DNA of 48,827 nt from a virus (lineage: Duplodnaviria > Caudoviricetes): positions 1 to 48,827 of IMG/VR virus record IMGVR_UViG_3300028536_000021. One strand, 5' to 3'. A model generated the notes under the pieces. That model ran no database searches and was not told the DNA's origin. It saw only the letters and a program-made list of their open reading frames with translations. The number at the start of each line of letters is the position of its first letter. Position 1 is the stretch's first letter. The position numbers and the translations under genes are program-made. Shown here in pieces: positions 6,664-14,505 of this stretch.

Positions 6664-8823
6664 ATGAACCCAACCGAAGAACAATCCGCCATCGTCTCCT
6701 TAGCCGACGACCCCGCCAACCTGCAAATCATAGCTTTCGCTGGCTGTGTAGCCGCAGGTAGCATGATAAGAATACGAAGGGGCAACGGTCCAACTGTTAA
6801 AAATCGTATGATAGAAAAATTGCTGTATATAAAAAACCCAGAAACTCCCGTCTTAGTTCAATGTGATGTCGATGGGTTCTCTCAATATGTTCCGATGCTA
6901 GGCTGTCAATTCTCAGGAGTAAAATCTACTCTTCGCCTAGAAACCACGCTGGGGGAAGTAATAGCAACCCCCGACCATGAAATCAAAACTTCGAATGGTT
7001 GGAAGGCCTTGTGTGATGTGTGTCTAGGCGACGGTATATTAGCTAGAACGACAGCTTTCCCGGGAAGAAAAGAAGGAAGAGTTATAATCTACTCTGTTCG
7101 TCATCATCCACATGCACATCAACACAATGTCCAGGAATATGGCAACTATGGACGCGTACCCCGCGCAAAATTGGTCGTTGAAGCGGAGATGAATCGACTA
7201 TCTCTTGAAGAAATGATATTAATCGTTCGCCACGATCCATACAAAGCAGCAACATTGACTTATCTTGCACCGGAATATGACATTCATCACAAAGATGAAG
7301 ATCCGGCCAACGATGATATAAGAAACTTGGAGGTTCTTACCAAAGTTGAACATCGGCTACGACACAAAATGCACCTAAACCACACTCGTCTGGGTTTAAC
7401 GAAGGTAATCCAACTATCATCGGCAGGGCGCCGCTTAACTTACGATATAATGATGCCTGGGCCACACCACAACTTTCTTGTAAATGGTCATGTGGTCCAC
7501 AATTGTGGGAAGACCTCGACCCTGGAAATGTTCGACCGCACGGCTATTCCTGGCCCCCGGCTCTGCTTGGCGTTCAACAAACGGATCGCGGAAGAAGTCG
7601 CCAAGCGCCTAGCCCCGACCACAGAGTGCCGGACCTTCAACTCCCTTGGGCACAGGATCTGGTCCGCCGCCATTGCGCCAAAGCTAGTCCTGGAGCCGAA
7701 GAAAACCCAAGGGCTTTTCAAGGAAACCGTAACCAAGCTCCGAAAGCCCGACCGTGACGCTGCCTGGGAAGAGTACGGGGAAGTCTGCACCGCAGTGAAC
7801 CTAGCCAAGGGCCGCGGCTACATCCCTCAGGGCGCCAACTGTTGGTCGCGGCGGCTGATTGGAGAGGAGTTCTTCGACGGTCTGGAAGACCCCCTTTCCA
7901 AGAACGGCAAGGACATGGTCAACGAAATCCTCGACGCCTCGATCGGCGCCTCCTATCGCGGCTTGATCGACTTCAACGACCAACTCTACATGCCGACCCT
8001 GTTCGGCGGCAGCTTCCCACGCTTCCCCTGCGTCATGGTCGATGAAGCCCAAGACCTCTCGCCGATCAACCACGAAATGCTGCGGAAGCTCTGCAAGTCC
8101 TCGCGGCTTGTGGCGGTCGGTGATCCTTTCCAATCGATTTACCAGTTCCGAGGAGCAATGCAAGATGGCATGGCAATCCAACGGGCCGCTTTCCAGATGC
8201 ACACCAAGGCGCTCTCGATCTCCTTCCGTTGCCCCAGCGCCATTGTCGCAAATGCCCGATGGCGAGCGCCTGGATTCCGCGCGCTCAACCATGGTGGAAC
8301 AGTATCCAGCCTTAAAGAGTTGGCATGCGATGGTATCGCAGATGCTTCCGCAATCATATGTCGAAACAACGCCCCGCTGTTTGCCCTCGCCTGCCGCCTC
8401 CTCGCTGCTGGCCGGTCTTGTCGAGTGGCAGGAAGCGACGTTGGGCCGAAGCTTATCAATTTGCTTCGACGCCTCGGGGACGAGAACTTACCTAGATCCG
8501 CAGTTCTGGCATGTATCGACACATGGGAAAGTCGGAAGGGCGATTCTGGATCAGCTTCCGACTTGGCAGCCTGCATGCGAATCTTCGCCAATCTCGGTGA
8601 CACCCTCCGCGATGCCATTTCTTACGCTGAGCACGTTCTTCGACAAGACGGCAGGGTTCTTCTCACGACTGGCCACAAGGCTAAAGGGCTGGAGTGGGAC
8701 ACGGTCTACTTCCTCGACCCGTGGCTGATCGGGAAGTCAGAGCAGGAGCTGAACCTGAAATACGTTGTGGAAACAAGAGCAAAGGAGAACTTGTTCTATG
8801 TCGACTCGCGGGACATTGCCTGA
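6664..8823 (+). CDS. SF1 UvrD/Rep-like DNA helicase precursor containing an intein
   Basis: Q motif PTEEQ; Walker A AFAG|CGKT split by the intein; LAFNK; TFNSLG; VDEAQD; VGDPFQSIYQFRGA; SFRCP; TGHKAKGLEWD; YVVETRAK. Confidence 0.92.
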   Translation: MNPTEEQSAIVSLADDPANLQIIAFAGCVAAGSMIRIRRGNGPTVKNRMIEKLLYIKNPETPVLVQCDVDGFSQYVPMLGCQFSGVKSTLRLETTLGEVIATPDHEIKTSNGWKALCDVCLGDGILARTTAFPGRKEGRVIIYSVRHHPHAHQHNVQEYGNYGRVPRAKLVVEAEMNRLSLEEMILIVRHDPYKAATLTYLAPEYDIHHKDEDPANDDIRNLEVLTKVEHRLRHKMHLNHTRLGLTKVIQLSSAGRRLTYDIMMPGPHHNFLVNGHVVHNCGKTSTLEMFDRTAIPGPRLCLAFNKRIAEEVAKRLAPTTECRTFNSLGHRIWSAAIAPKLVLEPKKTQGLFKETVTKLRKPDRDAAWEEYGEVCTAVNLAKGRGYIPQGANCWSRRLIGEEFFDGLEDPLSKNGKDMVNEILDASIGASYRGLIDFNDQLYMPTLFGGSFPRFPCVMVDEAQDLSPINHEMLRKLCKSSRLVAVGDPFQSIYQFRGAMQDGMAIQRAAFQMHTKALSISFRCPSAIVANARWRAPGFRALNHGGTVSSLKELACDGIADASAIICRNNAPLFALACRLLAAGRSCRVAGSDVGPKLINLLRRLGDENLPRSAVLACIDTWESRKGDSGSASDLAACMRIFANLGDTLRDAISYAEHVLRQDGRVLLTTGHKAKGLEWDTVYFLDPWLIGKSEQELNLKYVVETRAKENLFYVDSRDIA
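6745..7503 (+). mobile_element. Intein (253 aa) with HNH homing endonuclease
   Basis: Starts C-VAAGS; block B ATPDHEI; ends HNFLVNGHVVHN followed by +1 Cys; internal IHHKDEDPANDDIRNLEVLTKVEHRLRH; visibly more AT-rich than its flanks. Confidence 0.92.
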
Positions 8824-8862
8824 TTGGCGCAACGATCCGACCTACAACATAAGGAGGAAGAA

Positions 8863-9354
8863 ATGAAGAACTTCTTGAGAAGACTTCTAGGGCTCGACGC
8901 CTTGGAAAACCAGTTGGACTATGTAATAGCCAAGCAACGCCAAAATCACGATTCAATGCTTGGAGGATTCGAAATAACCCACAAAGCCATGCACGTGCAG
9001 ACCGAAGCCATCGGCAAGATTCTCGTCCAGGTCCATCCTTTGCTTGCTGTGCCAGAGCAGCAACCAACCGCTGGCCAACGCCGGCTTGACACTGATCTAG
9101 GTCATATAAAGCTTCATCTTGCTAGCGAAGCCAAAATGTTGAGCGAACTTGATAGAAAACTTCGCGCGCAAGCTGAAGCCCTTGGAAAAATCCTCGCCCA
9201 GGTCCAGCCTTTGCCAGAAGAGTCACCAACCGCTGGCCAACCAGACAACGGCTGGGCGGAGCGAAAGGCCGAGAGTGATCGGCTTGGAAATGAGGTAATC
9301 GCACGCCTCGAAGCCGAGGACCAGGCCCGACAGCACGCAGAAGGAAAGGTCTGA
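8863..9354 (+). CDS. Hypothetical protein with internal duplication
   Basis: AAGGAGG SD; repeat QxEAxGKILxQVxPL…PTAGQ. Confidence 0.75.
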   Translation: MKNFLRRLLGLDALENQLDYVIAKQRQNHDSMLGGFEITHKAMHVQTEAIGKILVQVHPLLAVPEQQPTAGQRRLDTDLGHIKLHLASEAKMLSELDRKLRAQAEALGKILAQVQPLPEESPTAGQPDNGWAERKAESDRLGNEVIARLEAEDQARQHAEGKV

Positions 9355-9705
9355 ATGCCCGCCTCCTATGACCCAGCGGCCTACGCCGACTGCTTCGGCC
9401 TGTTTGACCTAGCACTAGGGTCCGACCACGGTATTCGTAAATTGTTTCCGAGTTACGATGAAGCCTATAAACTCCAAGCGCGGATGAATAATGCGCGCAC
9501 AGCAGATAAGGTGGTGAACCGAAAACTCCACCCGCCCGAAGATCCTATGCACGGGTCCAGCATCTACATGCAGATCCGTGTGCGCATATACGTCGGGAAT
9601 GGCGGGTGGTATTTGCACTTGGAGAAAGTCACCTCCGACATGCTCAGCGACGGCTGGGAGGAGATCGGAGAGGAGGAGGAAAACCTGCCCCATGGACCTA
9701 GCTGA
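9355..9705 (+). CDS. Hypothetical protein
   Basis: Abuts both neighbours in the operon. Confidence 0.75.
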   Translation: MPASYDPAAYADCFGLFDLALGSDHGIRKLFPSYDEAYKLQARMNNARTADKVVNRKLHPPEDPMHGSSIYMQIRVRIYVGNGGWYLHLEKVTSDMLSDGWEEIGEEEENLPHGPS

Positions 9706-9937
9706 CCTCTGGCCCCTCGCTGCGGCCCAAGCCGTCGGTCTTGTCGTCAAGGCACGGTACGACGAAGGGGAAACCCCACAGGACCTCGTGGCCCTGCTCG
9801 AATCCGCCCGCAGCGACGACCCAGAGCGGTGGAAGTTCGCGATCCAAATCAAAGGGCAGGAGGTTTGGATTGTGCGGAAGGGAAACCTGCCGGAAGTCAG
9901 GCTCGATGGAGCTTACAAACCTTTGGAGGAATCATGA
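9692..9937 (+). CDS. Hypothetical protein (MDLADLWPL…)
   Basis: GGAGGA SD; ATGA coupling to the next gene. Confidence 0.7.
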   Translation: MDLADLWPLAAAQAVGLVVKARYDEGETPQDLVALLESARSDDPERWKFAIQIKGQEVWIVRKGNLPEVRLDGAYKPLEES

Positions 9938-10137
9938 GCGACCCAGTCCTTGAAGCCCTAAACCGCGCCGCGGAGGAAATGTCCCCGGCCGATATCGACG
10001 TCGTTATCGCCTACCTTCGCAAGACTAAGAAGTCCTTCGACTTCGGCGCCAAGCCGAAGAAAGAGGGAGCGGATGTGGACCTGACGAAAATCCTGAACAT
10101 TGGCCGGTCCAACGAGTCAGTAGAAAGACGTGACTAA
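9934..10137 (+). CDS. Hypothetical protein ending in shared C-terminal tag VDLTKILNIGRSNESVERRD
   Basis: GGAGGA SD before ATG 9934. Confidence 0.75.
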   Translation: MSDPVLEALNRAAEEMSPADIDVVIAYLRKTKKSFDFGAKPKKEGADVDLTKILNIGRSNESVERRD

Positions 10138-10349
10138 TGAAATACGGTGACTATATTGATCAAAGCAAGGTTTGTGCGATCTTGAAGTTGGTGCAGAGTC
10201 TCGAAGGCAACACAGGAGATGCAATAATCCTGTTGTTGGCCGCAGTCAAGACTATAGACCTTCAATACCGACAGACAGGTAGTATCATGCCATTAAATGA
10301 GATTGTGGTTGATATGCTAGACTCTCTAGAAGCGGAACCGTTGCAATGA
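10137..10349 (+). CDS. Hypothetical protein
   Basis: TAATG coupling; more AT-rich than neighbours. Confidence 0.6.
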   Translation: MKYGDYIDQSKVCAILKLVQSLEGNTGDAIILLLAAVKTIDLQYRQTGSIMPLNEIVVDMLDSLEAEPLQ

Positions 10350-10435
10350 TCTGGCCCATACTCGCCGCCTTCTTCATCATGGCGATCTACGCCTCAATCT
10401 ACAAACCACAGCCTCCAGAGGAGGACGACCTATGA
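10346..10435 (+). CDS. Single-TM micro-protein, 29 aa
   Basis: MIWPILAAFFIMAIYASIYKPQPPEEDDL; ATGA overlaps. Confidence 0.5.
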   Translation: MIWPILAAFFIMAIYASIYKPQPPEEDDL

Positions 10436-10493
10436 GACCCGCCTCTTCCTACCGCCAGGCCCGCAGGAACGCAAGTTCGGAGCTTAGACACCT

Positions 10494-11531
10494 ATGGAAC
10501 TCGAACTGGTACCACGAAGCCCACACGAAGACCGAGCCAACCTACCGCCCCTCGAGGATAATCCGCTTGGAGCAGCGCCGAATTCGGTACCTGAAGCGCC
10601 GTCTCCTTTCATTGAGGGCACAAACATCCAGCATTCCTGGGATTCGACGTGCTTAGGCCTCTTTAAGACCTGCCCTCGCAAATACCAATACAAAATCCTC
10701 CTCGGCTGGACCCGCAACACCGGCATACATCTGCGCTGGGGCGCCGAACTCCACTCAGCCCTCGAAGACTACGACCGTTCACGAACCGCAGGAGTCAGAC
10801 ATGACGACGCAGTGCATGACGTTGTACGAGCTTTGCTTGCGCGGATCGAAGACTGGAATCCAGAGCCCAAGACGAAGAGCGAAGAACTCAAAACTAAGGC
10901 CAATCTCCTCCGCGCGGTTGTTTGGTACCTTGACCATTACCACCCCGATCCCGCGGAGACGGTAGTGCTGGCAAACGGGAAGCCAGCGGTGGAGTTGAGC
11001 TTCCGGTTCGAGCTTGACTTCGGCCCAAGGTTAGGCGAGACCTTGCGAAACGCGCGGCCCTACTCCCTCTGCGGTCACCTCGACCGCGTTGTGTCGTACA
11101 ACGGCGACCTGTTCGTCATGGACCGGAAGTCCGCCTCCTCCACCCTCGGCACGTACTTCTTTGAGAAGTTCGACACCGACAACCAAATGTCCCTCTACAC
11201 CCTTGCCGGGCAGGTCCTGCTCAAATCCCCAATCCGCGGAGTGATCATCGATGGCATTCAGGTTGCTGTTGGCTTTTCTCGTTTCGTGCGGAGTTTTACT
11301 TTTCGCACTCCTGACCAACTCGACGATTGGCTGGCCGACACACAGCGCTGGCTTAGGGCCGCCGAAGCTTGTGCAGTGGAAGGCTACTGGCCAATAAACG
11401 ACACCTCTTGCGACAAGTTCGGCGGGTGTGAGTTCCGCCAGATTTGCAGCAAATCGCCAATGGTCAGGGAGAGGTTTTTGCAAGCAGAGTTCAGAAAGGA
11501 AGAGCCATGGAATCCACTTCGGACCAGATAA
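10494..11531 (+). CDS. PD-(D/E)XK Cas4/RecB-like exonuclease with probable Fe-S ligands
   Basis: TCPRKY; WGAELHSALE; E…GHLDRV…MDRKS; QMSLY; C-terminal CDKFGGCEFRQIC. Confidence 0.88.
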   Translation: MELELVPRSPHEDRANLPPLEDNPLGAAPNSVPEAPSPFIEGTNIQHSWDSTCLGLFKTCPRKYQYKILLGWTRNTGIHLRWGAELHSALEDYDRSRTAGVRHDDAVHDVVRALLARIEDWNPEPKTKSEELKTKANLLRAVVWYLDHYHPDPAETVVLANGKPAVELSFRFELDFGPRLGETLRNARPYSLCGHLDRVVSYNGDLFVMDRKSASSTLGTYFFEKFDTDNQMSLYTLAGQVLLKSPIRGVIIDGIQVAVGFSRFVRSFTFRTPDQLDDWLADTQRWLRAAEACAVEGYWPINDTSCDKFGGCEFRQICSKSPMVRERFLQAEFRKEEPWNPLRTR

Positions 11532-11698
11532 TCCCCTCATGGCAGCGCTGGCCGCCAAACTGTTGCGAAACCTGCCAAGGTCCATGGGAACGGATCTCCG
11601 AGTACGATGGCAAGTGTCGCAACGCAGCGTCGTTGAACTACGGCGAAAGTACTGACTCTAGATTTCGCTGCCAAGACTTTAGGAGGAAAAATGCCTAG
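11507..11698 (+). CDS. Small Cys-rich protein
   Basis: AAGGA SD; CCETC…GKC…CQDF. Confidence 0.55.
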   Translation: MESTSDQIIPSWQRWPPNCCETCQGPWERISEYDGKCRNAASLNYGESTDSRFRCQDFRRKNA

Positions 11699-12500
11699 CC
11701 TGTCCAACCACCAAAGTCGTGAGTTCACGAAAATTCTCTTGATCGGCGAAGCCAAATCGGGCAAGACCGGTGCCCTAGCCTCCCTTGTGACCGCCGGATA
11801 CAAGCTCCGGATCCTCGACTATGACAACGGGCTCGACATCCTGTCCCAAGCAGTTCGTCGAACCTGCCCAAAGCTAATTGATAACGTTGAGTCTCGCACA
11901 CTCCGCGATAAGTGGAAGATGACGCAAGCAGGCCCGATCATCGACGGCACACCAACGGCCTTTATCAACGGCATAAAGATGCTCGACGATTGGAAGTACA
12001 TAGAAGGCGAGCACAAGATTGACCTCGGCGTTCCATCTAAGTGGGGACCGGAATGCATTCTAGTCCTCGACTCTCTGACCTTCTTCTCTGACGCCGCCTT
12101 TGCCTATCGTGAAGCCATGGCGCCGCGGAGCAAATCCGGCGGAGAGTATGATCGCCGAGCTGTCTACAAGGACGCGCAGGACGCCGTTGAGAACACCTTG
12201 GCTATGCTGACTGGGCGCTCTTTCGGCTCTAACGTCATCGTGATCTCCCATGTCGATTACCAAGACAACCCGGATGGAACGCGGAAGGGCTATCCGGTGT
12301 CGGTCGGTAAAAAACTAAGCCCAAAGGTTCCGGCCTATTTCAACAACTACTTCCGCTTTGTGATCAAAGGAGGCAAACACAAGATAGAATCGCACTCTAC
12401 CGCGATGTTCGACCTCGCCAACGCCCGCCCGTTTGACATGCCGAAGGAGTTCGACTTGGAAGATGGACTGGCGAAGATCTTTGAACTCCTACGCAAGTGA
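11691..12500 (+). CDS. Sak4/AAA_24-like P-loop ATPase (single-strand annealing)
   Basis: GEAKSGKT; ILDYDNG; LVLDSLT; VIVISH; lies between the nuclease and the SSB-like gene. Confidence 0.8.
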   Translation: MPSLSNHQSREFTKILLIGEAKSGKTGALASLVTAGYKLRILDYDNGLDILSQAVRRTCPKLIDNVESRTLRDKWKMTQAGPIIDGTPTAFINGIKMLDDWKYIEGEHKIDLGVPSKWGPECILVLDSLTFFSDAAFAYREAMAPRSKSGGEYDRRAVYKDAQDAVENTLAMLTGRSFGSNVIVISHVDYQDNPDGTRKGYPVSVGKKLSPKVPAYFNNYFRFVIKGGKHKIESHSTAMFDLANARPFDMPKEFDLEDGLAKIFELLRK

Positions 12501-12510
12501 GCAAACCTTC

Positions 12511-12948
12511 ATGAACACACCCAACTTTTCCTCAATCCTTGATGCTCAAGCCTCCACCATCGAACCGCCCAAGAACCTCCCTGCCGGCAGCTATGTCTGT
12601 GTGGTCAACGGCCGCCACGAGACCGGAGAAAGCAGCCAGAAGAAGACGCCGTACGTGCGGTTTGAGCTAAAGCCAACCGAGGCCATAGACGTGGATCAGG
12701 AAGATCTGGAAGAGGCCGGAGGTTTTGGCGACAAATCCATCCGCGCCGACTTCTACCTGACTGTACCCTACCGACTCAGGGAGTTCCTGGAACACTGCGG
12801 AATTGAAGCTGAAGGCCGAACCTTACGCGAGATGCTGGACGATGCACCAGGCCAAACGGTCGTGGCTACAATCCGGCAAGAGAGCGCCAATGACGGTAGC
12901 AACCGGATCTTCACGCGGCTGAGCAGGACTTCACCTTACAACGAGTAA
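12511..12948 (+). CDS. DUF669-like ssDNA-binding protein
   Basis: LPAGSYVCVV…SSQKKTPYVRFE…RLREFLEHCG pattern; follows the Sak4-like gene. Confidence 0.7.
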   Translation: MNTPNFSSILDAQASTIEPPKNLPAGSYVCVVNGRHETGESSQKKTPYVRFELKPTEAIDVDQEDLEEAGGFGDKSIRADFYLTVPYRLREFLEHCGIEAEGRTLREMLDDAPGQTVVATIRQESANDGSNRIFTRLSRTSPYNE

Positions 12949-12955
12949 GCAACCT

Positions 12956-12985
12956 GGAGGGAGAGCAATCTCCCTCCGTCTTTTT
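12956..12985 (+). terminator. Intrinsic terminator
   Basis: GGAGGGAGA-GCAA-TCTCCCTCC followed by GTCTTTTT. Confidence 0.8.
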
Positions 12986-13081
12986 GGAGGAAGCCATGTC
13001 ATTTAGCCGCCCACCTTATGATTGGATCGAGGTCGTTTGGGACTACAAGAAGGTAATTGAACGAGAGGTGAGTAAGTAACC

Positions 13082-14128
13082 ATGGCCCAAATCGCAATCA
13101 TCGGCGAAGCTTGGGGCGAAGCCGAGGCCAAAGCCCGCTCGCCATTTATTGGTTGGAGCGGCCAGGAACTCACCCGTATGCTCGCGGAAGCCGGAATCCA
13201 CCGGACCGATTGCTTCCTGACCAACGTCTTCAACCTCCATCCGCCAGGCAACGACCGGAGCTTCTTCTGCGGGCCGAAGGAAGAGCGCCTGGAGGGCTGG
13301 CCCAAACTCCTCCACGGACTGGAAAAGGGCATGTCCAACTACCGCGGGGACTACGTTCGAAAGGACTTCGCCCCAGAACTCGAAAGGCTTAGCGATGAAC
13401 TGGTGGATCTTGACCCTAATATCATCATTGCATTGGGCAATACAGCTTGCTGGGCGCTACTTGGTACGACTTCGATATCAAGACTTCGAGGAACCACCCA
13501 GCTATCAACTCATTGTGCAAGTGGATTCAAGGTCCTCCCGACCTATCATCCTGCTGCAGTTCTTCGACAATGGGACCTGCGTCCAGTTACCGTTGTAGAC
13601 CTCGCCAAAGCCCACCGCGAATCCGCCTTCCCCGACATCCGCCGGCCCTTCCGAGAGATCTGGATTGAGCCCGACCTGAAAGACATCCATGACTTTCTTG
13701 CACAACATGTCGCCCCGGCTTCGCTCTTATCTGTCGATATTGAAACGAGCGGAAGACGTGTTACGTGCATTGGATTCGCTCCTTCCCCACGAACGGCACT
13801 CGTTATTCCATTCACTCACCCAGGCCGACTCGGAGGAAATTACTGGCCTACTGAGTCACTTGACCGTCAAGTCTGGGGACTTGTTAAAGGAATTCTTGAA
13901 AATCCGCATCCGCCGAAGCTCTTCCAGAACGGCCTCTACGACAGCGCCTTCCTCTACCGCGGCTACGGGATCAGGGTCGCCGGTGCGGCCGAGGACACAA
14001 TGCTGCTCCACTACTCACTCCAGCCGGAAAGTCCGAAGGCCTTAGCGTTTCTGGGATCGGTCTATGCGAATGAAGTGAATTGGAAAGACATGCGGCAGAA
14101 GAAGACAACCATCAAGAAGGATGACTGA
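13082..14128 (+). CDS. Family-4-like uracil-DNA glycosylase domain fused to the N-terminal part (ExoI, ExoII) of a DnaQ-like 3'-5' exonuclease
   Basis: IIGEAWG, PFIGWSG, TNV, ALGNTA, TYHPAAVLR; then SVDIETSG and FQNGLYD…EDTMLLH; no ExoIII motif. Confidence 0.88.
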   Translation: MAQIAIIGEAWGEAEAKARSPFIGWSGQELTRMLAEAGIHRTDCFLTNVFNLHPPGNDRSFFCGPKEERLEGWPKLLHGLEKGMSNYRGDYVRKDFAPELERLSDELVDLDPNIIIALGNTACWALLGTTSISRLRGTTQLSTHCASGFKVLPTYHPAAVLRQWDLRPVTVVDLAKAHRESAFPDIRRPFREIWIEPDLKDIHDFLAQHVAPASLLSVDIETSGRRVTCIGFAPSPRTALVIPFTHPGRLGGNYWPTESLDRQVWGLVKGILENPHPPKLFQNGLYDSAFLYRGYGIRVAGAAEDTMLLHYSLQPESPKALAFLGSVYANEVNWKDMRQKKTTIKKDD

Positions 14129-14131
14129 CAA

Positions 14132-14281
14132 ATGCAAAACTTCTTAGCCGACCTCCCCAAACTCCTCGTCCTCACTGGCCTAGGCCTTGTCGACATATTC
14201 TGGGTCTCTCAGTACAACCCGCCCTTGGCCATCGTGGGCTTCCTCGTGTTGTCTTTTATCAGCTCGCAGGTTATTCAATGA
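14132..14281 (+). CDS. Two-TM micro-protein, 49 aa
   Basis: MQNFLADLPKLLVLTGLGLVDIFW…AIVGFLVLSFI; ATGA coupling. Confidence 0.5.
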   Translation: MQNFLADLPKLLVLTGLGLVDIFWVSQYNPPLAIVGFLVLSFISSQVIQ

Positions 14282-14505
14282 GCAAGCTCGAAGCTCGCGA
14301 TCGCCTCCACGAACACATGTTCCGGATGCACCAACAAGGTATGACTTGGTCGCAGATCGGAGAGTTCTTCGGTCGCCGAGGGCCAAGCATCAAACGGTCC
14401 ATTCAAATCTGGATAGCAAAGCATGGCCAGGATTATCAACACAGCGAAGATGGCCCCAGAAAGGTTGAAGGCGTGGGAAAGGGATCAAATTTACAACGGT
14501 CTTGA
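14278..14505 (+). CDS. Small HTH protein
   Basis: QQGMTWSQIGEFFGRRGPSIKRSI. Confidence 0.55.
   Translation: MSKLEARDRLHEHMFRMHQQGMTWSQIGEFFGRRGPSIKRSIQIWIAKHGQDYQHSEDGPRKVEGVGKGSNLQRS

Noticed and set aside
14129-14422. Group I intron or split intein joining the UDG-exo and polymerase ORFs
   Set aside because: No intein terminal motifs or intron core are visible, and the gap holds two coupled small ORFs.
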